NCBI GenBank assembly: GCA_041690135.1
Contig: JAWLHY010000001.1
Coordinates: 160,001-224,000 of the forward strand
DNA length: 64,000 nucleotides
Direction: 5' to 3'
Origin: Armatimonadota bacterium
GTDB lineage: Bacteria > Armatimonadota > SYMT01
Part shown: positions 38,391 to 48,500 of the stretch, in pieces
Layout of the letters: every line of letters begins with the position of its first letter
How positions within the stretch are numbered: position 1 is the stretch's first letter
Position numbers and translations under genes: made by a program
The notes under the pieces: model-generated
What the model saw: the letters and a program-made list of their open reading frames with translations, nothing else
Databases searched by the model: none
Told to the model about the DNA's origin: nothing

Positions 38391-38780
38391 GTGGAGATAA
38401 CTGGGTGGGCACTCGGCGGGTTGGCCGTGATCGTTCTGGTGAATACCCTGTTCATCGTCGGCCTGGCCGTCGCGCTCTTCATGTTAAATAAGAAGCTCGA
38501 TGAGGCACTGGACAAGGCCGCTCCGCTGCTCCAAAAGGCCACGGAGACGTTGAACCAGGTGGAAGAGACCACCTCACGGCTGCAGGTACAGGTGGACCAG
38601 GTACTGGATAAGACCACGCGCCTGGTCGATCAAGTAAGCGAGCGAGTGGACACCACCACGGCCATCGCGGAAGAGGCGGTGACCGAGCCGCTGATCGGCG
38701 CGGCGAGCATCATGGCGGGGATCAACCGCGGCCTGCGTGTCTATACCGAGCGTACGAGCGAGAAAGGAAACGGACGATAA
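38391..38780 (+). CDS. DUF948/YoxC-like membrane-anchored coiled-coil protein
   Basis: N-terminal TM helix plus heptad repeats; TAATG overlap with the YtxH gene. Confidence 0.7.
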   Translation: MEITGWALGGLAVIVLVNTLFIVGLAVALFMLNKKLDEALDKAAPLLQKATETLNQVEETTSRLQVQVDQVLDKTTRLVDQVSERVDTTTAIAEEAVTEPLIGAASIMAGINRGLRVYTERTSEKGNGR

Positions 38781-39259
38781 TGGCGGAAACTCGTGACTTT
38801 CTAATCGGCGTGCTGGTCGGCAGCGCGATCGGCGCCGCAGCGGCCCTGCTGTATGCGCCGGCACCGGGTACCGAGACCCGGCAGATGATCAAGGACAAGG
38901 CCGGAGAGGCGAAAGAGAAGTCCGTCCACCTGGCCGAACAGGCGAAGGAGAAGACGGCGCAGATCTCCGAGCAGGCCAAGATGAAGGCCGGTGAGTTGAA
39001 GGGTACCACGCAGAGCCGCATCGGCGAGATCAAGGGTACGGCACAGAGCCGGATCGACGAGATCACGTCCCAGGCGCAGAGCATGGTGGACCGTGGCCGG
39101 CAGTTGGTGGAGCACCAGAAGGGTGCCGTGGTCGGCGCCGTGGAAGCGGGTCGCCAGGCCTACCGCGAGAAGCAGTCCGAACTGCAGCAGGAAGTGGCCG
39201 AGGATACGACCACCCAGCCGGTGAGCACCAGCACCAGCGCCACGATTACGCCCGCGTAG
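38780..39259 (+). CDS. YtxH domain protein
   Basis: FLIGVLVGSAIGAAAALLYAPAPGTETR. Confidence 0.9.
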   Translation: MAETRDFLIGVLVGSAIGAAAALLYAPAPGTETRQMIKDKAGEAKEKSVHLAEQAKEKTAQISEQAKMKAGELKGTTQSRIGEIKGTAQSRIDEITSQAQSMVDRGRQLVEHQKGAVVGAVEAGRQAYREKQSELQQEVAEDTTTQPVSTSTSATITPA

Positions 39260-39501
39260 TTGTTTCGGGGTGGGCCGCCCTGTTCCTGTGGGGATGGGGG
39301 AAGGGAAGAAAGGGAGAATGGGAGGGCCCTGGAACCCAGGGCTACCTCGTTTTCCCCAGCCCTTCGGGACAATGAAGAATGGGGGAATGGGAGAACCCTA
39401 TATCCGGGGTGATCTCGTTCCCCTTTTGTCTGTTTGGGAAGGGGATAACCTTCTTGTCCGGCAAGCCGCCCCTCGGCGTATAATCTGCCGGGGGTATCCA
39501 T

Positions 39502-40134
39502 ATGCGGTTTGAAGGATTTACGGAACAGGATTTCGATCTCTTCTCGATTGCGGACTTTGCGGGTCGTATGGCGGAGATTCGGGCGACACTGCGACCGAAG
39601 CTGGTCGCCCTGGGGGATGACCTGACGGGGGCGATCGAAGAGGAGCTCGGAGCGCCGACTTTCCCCCATGTGGCCCAGCACATGCGCCGCCGGGTGAACC
39701 CACCGGCGGAGACCTGGGTCGCCTTCGGCCGGGATAAGAAGGGGTATAAGCGCTGGACACATTACCGGGTCGCCGTGAGCGGGTCCGGCGTGCGGGTGAC
39801 GGTGTTCGTCGAAGACGACGCGGACGATAAAGCCCCTTTCGGCACCTGCCTGGCGGATTCCGCCGATGGGCTGTTGAAGGCGCTGGGTCCCCAGGCGCCG
39901 GTTCAGTGGTACACCTTTGGGACCGCGGGAATGCCCCATTCGCAGGTCACCGCGGAGGTCCTCCGCGCGCAAGGGTCGGCTCTCCAGCGGCTCAAGACGC
40001 TGAAGTTCCAGGCGGGGGTGCCGTTGACCCGCGCGGAAGCTCTGAAGATGGCCCCGGAAGCATTCGAGACCTGGGCAATGGAGCAGGTGAGGGTGCTGAA
40101 GCCGCTTTACCTGGCGGGTACCGGCCAGGAATAG
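39502..40134 (+). CDS. DUF1054 (YktB) family protein
   Basis: FEGFTEQDFDLF, HVAQHMRRRVNPPAETWVAF, KGYK. Confidence 0.85.
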   Translation: MRFEGFTEQDFDLFSIADFAGRMAEIRATLRPKLVALGDDLTGAIEEELGAPTFPHVAQHMRRRVNPPAETWVAFGRDKKGYKRWTHYRVAVSGSGVRVTVFVEDDADDKAPFGTCLADSADGLLKALGPQAPVQWYTFGTAGMPHSQVTAEVLRAQGSALQRLKTLKFQAGVPLTRAEALKMAPEAFETWAMEQVRVLKPLYLAGTGQE

Positions 40135-40161
40135 TAGTAGGCCTTCGCCACCCCTTACGGT

Positions 40162-40514
40162 GTCATTGCGAGACCGGCTGAGCCGCTCTTTGACAGCGAG
40201 AGAAGTCTTTGTCGTACGCCAGCCGCAGCTAGGAAGCCGCCGCAATGCCGGTCGTGGCAATCCCCATGGTGAGCGGTCCGAGCACTTGGACACGGGTCTT
40301 TCTGTCCTGAATATGGTGGTTGGCTCTGGATGTCCGGAGGCATGGGTCGGCTGCGGCTTGGCAGGACGCTGCTGCTTTCGGGTAAGGACGGGTGCCCTGA
40401 CCAGGGGGCCTGCCGCGTCGGGTCACAGGTTGCAAATACGGGACGGCTGTGCTCCGGCTTCGTGGCGGTGTGGATCTGTGAAGTTGGTTGAGTTTTACCC
40501 CTCCTCGCAGTGAC
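40162..40514. repeat. Composite palindromic element, copy C, with both arms
   Basis: GTCATTGCGAG (40162-40172) and CTCGCAGTGAC (40504-40514) inverted ends; internal CCCTGACCAGGGGGC shared with copy A. Confidence 0.7.
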
Positions 40515-40547
40515 GGCCGTTTGGTTTCGAAACAACCAGGCCCCAGC

Positions 40548-42899
40548 TCATCTATAAGGAACCGTCAGGCGGTGAGGGAGTTTCTCCGGGTTGCCGGCGC
40601 GGTCGGTGGAGGCGGCGGTGAGGGTGCCTTCTTTGGGGGCGGCGAGTTCGATTTCCCAGTCCACGACGCCCGCGGCGGAGGCGAGGATCCGGGCGGGTTG
40701 GCCGTTGACCTGGACCTTCGCAATTTCGCCGTTGTCGTGGGCGACCCCGGTGACGCGCAGCCGGTCCCCGCTGCCGATCCGGCAGACGGCGGTGATCATG
40801 GTGGCGGGGGGGAGGTCGTCCACCGGTTCGAGGAGCGTGGGGAAGGGGACCGGATCGACGGCGGCCGCGACCACATCCCGACCGGTGAACTTGGGCACCG
40901 CAGCGTAGGTGCCGTCCTGCGCCAGGGCGGGGAAACGGCTGCTGACCACGCGGTAGGTTTTGCCCGGCTCGGGGAAGTCGTGGAAGTAGTAGGCGATGCC
41001 GTGCTCCAGCCGCGAGTTGCGGGGGCCGCCGCCAAGATCGACCACCTGGGACTGCGAGGGGCTGTTGATCACCCGCACGCCGCGGAAGTGTCCCGCCTGG
41101 CCTTCGCGGGGGGAGGTGCACGCCATCTGGATCAGGGGGTCGCGGCCGACGCGGCAGTTGGCGATGGTGAGGCCGTCGTAGGTGAAGGAGCCGTACTGGA
41201 CGCTGTCGTCGTCGTGTCCGCGGTTCACCGGCTCCGCGCCGACGCGCTCCAGGTGGATGTTGCGGTAGACGTGGGCGTCGTAGTCCGGGTGGTAGACGCC
41301 GTAGACCGCGCCCTCCACGCGCAAGCCGTCCATCAGGAAGAACTGCAGGTTGGGGCGCAGGCTGTAGTGCGTGGACCAAGCCCGCAGGTTGCGGGCGATG
41401 AATGGATGGTTGCGGTCGCCGCGGACGGCCGGGTTCACGTCGTCGCCGAAGTTGAAGCTGTAGAGCCCTTCGGTGTGCGATTCGTTGGCCTCGAAGCGGT
41501 AGAAGGGGAGCGTCCGCACGTCGCGCCGGGCTTCGCTGCCGTCGGGGTTCCGTAGCAGCAGCTCCGGGTTGAAGTTGCTGCGCCTGGCGATCTCGAAACG
41601 GTAACCGTACTCGTCGTTTTCGCAGGCGACGTTGCGGGTGAGGCTGTTCCGACCGTTGGCCCACCAGAACCCCGCGCCGTCGTTCGGGTCGAACGGCAGG
41701 ACCTGCTTCGGCAATCGTTTCGCGCCGTAGGCCTGCACGGCGAGGTTGCGGTCGAGCAGGTTGTACTGCTCGGTCGCGTCTTCCAGGAAGTAGCCGTGGC
41801 CGACAGACTGGTAGCCGACGCAGTCACGGACCAGCAGATAGTCCGTGCCGTGGATGGTGATCCAGCGGTTGGCGGAGTCCCAGATACTGGCGCCGATGAC
41901 GCCTCTCCCGCGCATGGTGTCCCGCACCTGGTGGAAGTGGAGCGAGTACTTGCCGAGCACGCCTTCCTTGCCCAGGTGCCGGAACTCGGCGTAGGAGATG
42001 CCGCCGGTACTGTTAAGGTGGTACATCGTGTGGCCGCGGATGCCGCCGCGGTCCGCGGATTCGACGACGATGTTCCGCGATAGGTTGGCGACCTCGCTGC
42101 GGGTTTCACCCGTGCCCCAGTGCTCGAACTCCAGGGGACGGTCGAGGGTGAGCTGCGTGCCCTCCAACTCCCGGATGATCCGCTCTTCCGTCTGCCCGCT
42201 GGGACCGCCGCCCGGCTTGCGGTAGGTGGCGGAGTGTCGCTGCCGCGAGCCGGTGAGGATGACCCGGTCACCCACTCTCCAGCCGGAGACGGGCTGCGCC
42301 AGGGTGACGACGGACGCACCCGGTTGGGTGCTTGCCCCCAGCTTGACCCAGGTCCGGTCCATCGGGGCGCCGTGGGCGTCCCAACGTCCGCCGCAGTTGA
42401 TGATCGCGGGAAGTGCGTCCCGGTCGGTTCCCGGGAAGTGGGTGAGACGGATTTGCGTGGTGATCCCCGCCGGGATCGGCTCCTGCGGCGTGCCGATCTC
42501 CAGGGCCGGGCGCGGTCCGGCCGGAGTGCCCCCTGCAGGAGCCGAGTGAGCGTCACAGTTGAAGCCGTCCTCCGTGGCCTCATCGCCGGCCTGGATCTTG
42601 ATCAGGCCGACGTCGAGGCGGGTGGACTTCCGGCGAGAGAAGGAGAGCGTCCCCGCTACGTGGATCATCCGGATCGCCTGGTCGGACTCGACGTCATAAA
42701 CGACCGAGTGCCCGGCTCGGACCTGCACCATGTCGCCCGCGCGGGGCAGGCGCTGTTCGGCCCAGGTCGCCGGGTCGGACCACGCGCCGGACTTTGCCGA
42801 CCGGACCGTGAACGCGACGGTCCGGCCCTCGGCGGTGCCGGCTGCCGCGCCGGTCAGTACCACGGCGGCGGTGAGTAGGAGCGGGTAGAGGGGACGCAT
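40548..42899 (-). CDS. Secreted G8-domain plus parallel beta-helix protein
   Basis: SGAWSDPATW, EVANLSRNIVV, GKYSLHFH, NRWITIHGT, GHGYFLED. Confidence 0.85.
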   Translation of the reverse strand: MRPLYPLLLTAAVVLTGAAAGTAEGRTVAFTVRSAKSGAWSDPATWAEQRLPRAGDMVQVRAGHSVVYDVESDQAIRMIHVAGTLSFSRRKSTRLDVGLIKIQAGDEATEDGFNCDAHSAPAGGTPAGPRPALEIGTPQEPIPAGITTQIRLTHFPGTDRDALPAIINCGGRWDAHGAPMDRTWVKLGASTQPGASVVTLAQPVSGWRVGDRVILTGSRQRHSATYRKPGGGPSGQTEERIIRELEGTQLTLDRPLEFEHWGTGETRSEVANLSRNIVVESADRGGIRGHTMYHLNSTGGISYAEFRHLGKEGVLGKYSLHFHQVRDTMRGRGVIGASIWDSANRWITIHGTDYLLVRDCVGYQSVGHGYFLEDATEQYNLLDRNLAVQAYGAKRLPKQVLPFDPNDGAGFWWANGRNSLTRNVACENDEYGYRFEIARRSNFNPELLLRNPDGSEARRDVRTLPFYRFEANESHTEGLYSFNFGDDVNPAVRGDRNHPFIARNLRAWSTHYSLRPNLQFFLMDGLRVEGAVYGVYHPDYDAHVYRNIHLERVGAEPVNRGHDDDSVQYGSFTYDGLTIANCRVGRDPLIQMACTSPREGQAGHFRGVRVINSPSQSQVVDLGGGPRNSRLEHGIAYYFHDFPEPGKTYRVVSSRFPALAQDGTYAAVPKFTGRDVVAAAVDPVPFPTLLEPVDDLPPATMITAVCRIGSGDRLRVTGVAHDNGEIAKVQVNGQPARILASAAGVVDWEIELAAPKEGTLTAASTDRAGNPEKLPHRLTVPYR

Positions 42900-42909
42900 C
42901 TTGGTTCTT

Positions 42910-44436
42910 TTAGTCAGGCTCGGAGGCGCCGTAGCCGGCGCGGATGCCGAAGCCGGGGCGCTGCTGGGCTCGCTGGGCGCGGGCGTGGGCTTCCGCCTCG
43001 GCATACTTTCTCCGGTTCGCCGTGACGCCCTCCACCGCCTGCAGGAAGTAATCGGTGAGCGAGCGCAGCGGCTGCTTCTGAACCCGGTCGTAGGCGTAGA
43101 GGTTCTTCCCGTCCTCCACCAGACGCTTGAGGTCGGCTCCGGTGAACCCGTTGGTCGCCGCCACCAGAGGCTGCAGATCCGGCTGGTCGAGCTCCGCGGG
43201 GAGGCCGGCGAGGTGCTGGCGCAGGATCTCCTCGCGGGCTGCCTCGTCAGGTAGCCGCATCTCCAGCCAGAGCTCGATGCGGCCGGAGCGGAGGAGGGCC
43301 GGCGGTATGTTGGCCACGTCCATGGCAGTCAGCATCACGCAGACCCGCTGGTTGCTTTCGCTCTCCAGGCCGTCGAGCATCGTCAGCAGGTACCGGTAGA
43401 GGCCCAACTCCTCGCCGGACTCGAAGATCACGTCGCTGTCGTCGATGAAGATGACGGAGGGGGCGTTCTCCTTCGCCGCCTGGAAGATCTGGTGGACTCT
43501 CCCGTAAAAAGATTGGGTCCCCGAGATGACGGTCCCGTCCACCAGGAAGAACTTGCCGCGCAGGCGGTGGGCGAGGGCCCGGCCGACGGTGGTCTTGCCG
43601 GTTCCGGGAGGTCCCGCGAGCAGCACGCCGCGCTTGGCTTTGAGGCCCAACTGCATCGCCAGCTCGTCCTGTTCCAGTGGAACCACGATGTTGGCCTCGA
43701 GGCTCCGGATGACTTCCTCGCAGCCCTTGAGATCCTGGAGGGCGACCTGCTGCACCTCCTCCAGATCGACGTTGCTGTTCAATCCCTGGGAGCGGAGGTA
43801 CTCGATGAAGCGCTCCGTATCCAGCTCGGGTTCCTGGCGCAGCCAGCGACAGGCGCCGGCGAGCTGGTGCCCGTCCAGGTGCGACGCGAAGCGGAAGATC
43901 CGGGGGTACTCCAGGCGATCCGCCACCTCCGCGTCGAGCATCCGGTGGCAGAGAAAGTCGTAGTCTTCCGCTTCGAAGTCGTCGATGCAGGCGCCGTACC
44001 CGCGCTGTTGGAAGGCGTCCGGCAGGCCGTAGTCCGCCCCCACGACGAGGCGTTTACCCGTCTCAACCACGTAGGCGGCGATCGTCATGGCCGGGGCCTC
44101 CAGCAACCCGCTCCGGGGATAACCGCCGGAACATCCGGAGACCACGCGGATGATCAGGTGCAGGTCGTCGAGAATCACCGTATCGTGCTCTCGCAGCGCA
44201 TCCATCACCATCCGCTCGAACGTCTCCTCAATCGCGAGTGGATGCCGGGACTGGAGACGGTCGATGAAGTCGCGCATGTTCAGGAACGTACCGCCCTGCT
44301 GGCGATGCAACTCCCGGAGCAGGGTGGTCTTTCCCAGGCCGTCGCCACCCCAGAGGTGGACGATGTTGCCGACGGAGAGGCTGCGCAGCACGGTCTGGTA
44401 GGCTCGCTGCTGCGCGGGTGAGAATTGTGCTTCCAT
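42910..44436 (-). CDS. AAA+ ATPase with two P-loop domains
   Basis: GGDGLGKT and GPPGTGKT Walker A; IFIDDSD; PALLRSGRIE. Confidence 0.85.
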   Translation of the reverse strand: MEAQFSPAQQRAYQTVLRSLSVGNIVHLWGGDGLGKTTLLRELHRQQGGTFLNMRDFIDRLQSRHPLAIEETFERMVMDALREHDTVILDDLHLIIRVVSGCSGGYPRSGLLEAPAMTIAAYVVETGKRLVVGADYGLPDAFQQRGYGACIDDFEAEDYDFLCHRMLDAEVADRLEYPRIFRFASHLDGHQLAGACRWLRQEPELDTERFIEYLRSQGLNSNVDLEEVQQVALQDLKGCEEVIRSLEANIVVPLEQDELAMQLGLKAKRGVLLAGPPGTGKTTVGRALAHRLRGKFFLVDGTVISGTQSFYGRVHQIFQAAKENAPSVIFIDDSDVIFESGEELGLYRYLLTMLDGLESESNQRVCVMLTAMDVANIPPALLRSGRIELWLEMRLPDEAAREEILRQHLAGLPAELDQPDLQPLVAATNGFTGADLKRLVEDGKNLYAYDRVQKQPLRSLTDYFLQAVEGVTANRRKYAEAEAHARAQRAQQRPGFGIRAGYGASEPD

Positions 44437-44460
44437 AGGAAGGCGGGGCGCCGTGGCCCC

Positions 44461-44589
44461 GGCGGTGTGCGGCGCGTGTGGGGCCGCACGGGTCAGGTCA
44501 TCCCGGCAGGGGGTCCTTGCCGGGATGACGGGCTGTCGCGAGGAGTGTACCCGAAAAGGGTAGGGGCGTCCACTAATTAAGGCCGGGGC
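44461..44589. repeat. Left 129-bp direct repeat bounding the low-GC island
   Basis: Matches 49367-49396 plus 49561-49659 with 4 mismatches; contains GTCATCCCGGCA...TGCCGGGATGAC and TACCC-GAAAA-GGGTA hairpins. Confidence 0.9.
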
Positions 44590-44599
44590 GGACGCCGAC

Positions 44600-44850
44600 T
44601 CACCGCAGATTGCATTCACTGTTGTTGATGGCCTCATGATCGGAAACTCCCGCCTGATGCTGGAAGAGGACCAAGCGGATCATCATGGATGGCGACACGC
44701 TCGGGTGGCCATCAGTCCCACAGTCCAGGACGGCGACGGTGCCAACGGGGGAAACGTCCGGCTTCGCCGCCGCCAGCTGGGCATGCAAAGAATGGCAGGG
44801 TGTCTTGATGCACAAACATCGCGCTGCGGCTCCCGCTCCAGGAGCCGCGG
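44600..44850 (-). pseudogene. Degenerate IS1182/IS5-like transposase N-terminal fragment
   Basis: DGHPSVSPSMMIRLVLFQHQAGVSDHEAINNSECNLR resembles the GRPSxxP...LLQ...SDRE...DLR DUF772-type motif; truncated. Confidence 0.45.
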
Positions 44851-45580
44851 TGGGGCGGGCTAATGGCAGCGCGGTTTACTGGCGATGAGCATGTCGGGCA
44901 GTCCCCCACGTACTGAAAAGGCGAAGCGGGAGCGGGCTGAAAGTACCCGGGCACGTGATGGTCAGGCCTGAGCCATCGGCTTCGGAAGAGGCACGCTATC
45001 AGGGAACCTGTCGGCCCCGACATTCACTCCACTCGCCCGGAAGACCACAACCCGGTAGCCCCAACTCGAACTAACTACGACCGCGTGGCACGCGCTCTCG
45101 GTCAGCGACGGCGCCCATGCGCTATGCACATACCGGCTTGCGTTCGAGCGCTTGTGGTATGCGCTGGAGCGCCGGGACCATGGAGACGTGGAATGGTGGT
45201 ATGGCTCATCCATTAGACCAACCCGGTTGGAGGCGAGCTGCGGAACTCGGGAAAACCTTCAGAATGAAGAAGGTAAGTGCAGCGGTCAAGATGAAACATA
45301 TCCAACATCAGCCAAACAGCCTAGGTACCGGCTGTCAAGATGCCAAGCGGCTTGCAATCTGACCTAATTGGAGTACATCCTAACATGCTCCCTAAGGGAT
45401 GTGTGGGAGAAACTGAGCAGTTTCAAAAACCGTGGCGGGTGCGGTTGCCCGTCGCCCGCCACGGAATGGAATTCCGCGGCTACTGCAGAGTGAAACCCCT
45501 GCGGGGTTGACACGGCACCATACCGGTCCAAATCTGCGCAGTTACTCCCCCCTACCCCTTAGTGTCGTGACATTACTCAT

Positions 45581-48500
45581 ATGACCAACATGCGCGTTTT
45601 CAACTGGCTCCACCTTACTGACCTGCACTACGGGCTGACGGAACAAGTGCATCTCTGGCCCAACGTCAGAACATCCCTTTTTGAGGATCTTGGCCGCATT
45701 CACGACACAGCAGGGCCATGGCATGCGGTCCTGTTCACAGGAGATCTTGTCCAAAGCGGCGATGAAAAGGAGTTCAACGCACTCACTGACGAGGTTTTCG
45801 GCCCACTTTGGGAAAGACTCTCGGTCTTGGGTTCCCCATCTCCAACTTTGCTGACTGTCCCGGGCAATCACGACTTGTCCCGCCCCAAGGGGAAACATCC
45901 ATCTGCTGCATTACGCCAACTGCTAAGGCCCCAAGGCTTGCTGGAAGTCTCGGGTGAATTCTGGGATGAGCCTGATTCGGAATACCGGCAAGTCATAGAC
46001 GAAGCATTCAAAAACTATCAATCTTGGTTACGCGCCGCTCACTATAGGAATGGCGTCCAAATAGCCGAGGGACTTCTCCCAGGTGATTTTGCCGCTTCCA
46101 TCGAACTCGCTTATCCCACCACCAATCTGAAGATAGGAATAGCTGGTGTAAATACCACATTTCTTCAATTAATTGCCGGAGACTTTGAGAAAAAGCTTGC
46201 GTGGCACGTCAAACAACTTCACCAAGCATGTGGAGAAGATATATCGAGATGGGCCCATAGCCATGATGCTTGTATTCTGTTAACCCACCAGGGGCCGTCA
46301 TGGCTCGATGAGCAGTCGCGAGAAGACACATACCCCGAGATAAATCCAGCTGGACGATTCGCCGTTCATCTTTTTGGGCATATGCACGATACAGCAGTCC
46401 GTTCGGCAATTGTGGGAGGAGGGGAGTCGATCCGGCTGTGGCAAACCCGATCCCTCTTTGGGCTGGAGAAGTATGGGGAGCCTCCCACATTTGATCGGCA
46501 ACATGGCTATAGCGCAGGACGTCTCCAATTCGACGAACAATCGGCGACAATTCGCCTATGGCCCAGGCGGGCATTTAAGGATGCTAATGGTTGGAGATTC
46601 GGGCGTGATGACGAGAAATGTATACTACGAGAATTCGACGGGGGCACAGAGCCAGACTCGGTTGTTCGGAAAAACAGTGTGGCCACTGCAGGGAAAACAT
46701 TCTCTGGCAGTTACCCTGATGCTGCGATGGCCAGAACGCCATCTCCACCTGCAAAGCCTCACCCGGTAGTACCAACGATCTCAAAGTGGTCGTGGCCCTA
46801 TCAAGAGCCAAAGTTCAGACCTTATTGTGAGGCGGTTTGTAAGGCGCACAGCCATATTCGATTCGTAGAAATACCGCATCTGAAGGATGTATCCGATGTG
46901 GAGATGGACAGCCTTTATGTGGAACCGCATCTGTGCGTAGAAGAATTGGACCCCGACCTACCGACGTTCCGTTGGCCGTTAACGCTGGACGTGCTATCCG
47001 TGTTGCGTGGACATCGTCATGTAGTGCTTTTAGGAGACCCAGGATCAGGAAAGTCCACTCTTGTGAGTTGTATCGCTTGGCAGTTGTGTCGGCCGACGCC
47101 TAGCCCCACTAATGCATTGGCTAAGCAGTTCGCTGGGTGTATTCCAATCCCGATGATCCTTCGAGAACTCCGGCTCAAGGCAGATATAACCTGGGAAGGC
47201 CTACTTGACGCATTCTTGGAACATCGTATCGGTAGGCTACTCGGTGATCGGCAGACCATTCAAGAACTACTCAATAGCGGGCGGGCTGTGGTGCTCCTGG
47301 ATGGATTGGATGAAGTAGGAAATCTGGCCATTCGCAGGCGCTTGAAAGATGCTGTTCACGAGGGGCTAGCCGCCAGTCCAAACAGTATTTGGCTACTAAC
47401 ATCGCGGGTGGTAGGGTATGATGCAGTTCCGTTCCACTATAGAGTGGAAGAGGCCCCTCGAAGTACTGCTATCCGAACTACGGATGGGAAGACTGTATCA
47501 AGCCGCAACGAGATTCAGGTCACTGTGGCTGAGCGATTTTTTCTAGCGCCCTTCAACGACGATCAGATTGGAGAGTTCTCGTTAAAATGGTACACGCAAC
47601 ATGAGCGTGAACAAGAGGTAATTGCGCTGAATGCAGAAGGCTTTGTTAATGCAATCCGAGAAAACTCTGGCACGCAGCGGCTGGCAAGAATTCCGTATTT
47701 ACTTACATTGATGGCTCTTATTCATCATAAGAATGCCCGTCTGCCCCATGGTCGCACCGAACTTTATGAAAGGATTGCTACAGCATATCTTGAGTCTATT
47801 GATGTACGACGACATCTAGATCAATTACCGTACTCATTGTCCCAGAAGAAGCGTTGGCTAGCATATGTAGCCTATCAGATGCAACTTAGGCGGTCTAAAG
47901 GTGCAAATCGGACCGAGCAGAGCCAAATACTTGCTAGTAATCAAGAGGTCGAGCGCTGGATCAAGGATGCAATGACAGAGTCCATTGAAGGTTCTGCAGA
48001 TGAAGCAAAAGTACTTCTGGACTATTTCGCAAAGCGGAGTGGGCTTCTTCTCCCGCGGGGTGAGGGGAAGTTTGCATTCATGCACCTATCGCTCCAAGAA
48101 TATTTTGCGGCTTGTTTCATGGAAGCGCGACTGACAGCATCCCGCTTTGCTTCTGATAGGCGCAAACACAATCCATCGGACAAGCAGTTGCGAGCGTGGG
48201 CAAATGATGAAGGGTGGCGCGAAGCGTTTGTACTTCTTTTTGAACTCTTGTCAGAGAAGTCTATTTCTGAAACTGAGGCGTTCCTGAAACATCTATTTGA
48301 GGGGCGACTGCCATCTGATACAGGTGGGCAAGAGTTCACAGCCGCTGGATTGTTAGCGGAGCTTGCTACAGATCCGTTTGTATCCTTCACTGCGGAGACT
48401 CGTCGGAAATGTAGGCAAGACGCTTGGAGATGGATGTTTAAGCAAGGCGAGCGAAGTCATTACAGCAGAAACAACGTGACCCGAGCATTTGTGCGGGAGG

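Noticed and set aside
44437-44637. N-terminal extension of the AAA ATPase in the ORF track
   Set aside because: It runs through the non-coding direct repeat; ATG 44436 is the more plausible start
44890-45400. Short ORFs inside the island
   Set aside because: No recognisable motif, RBS or consistent frame; probably decayed sequence
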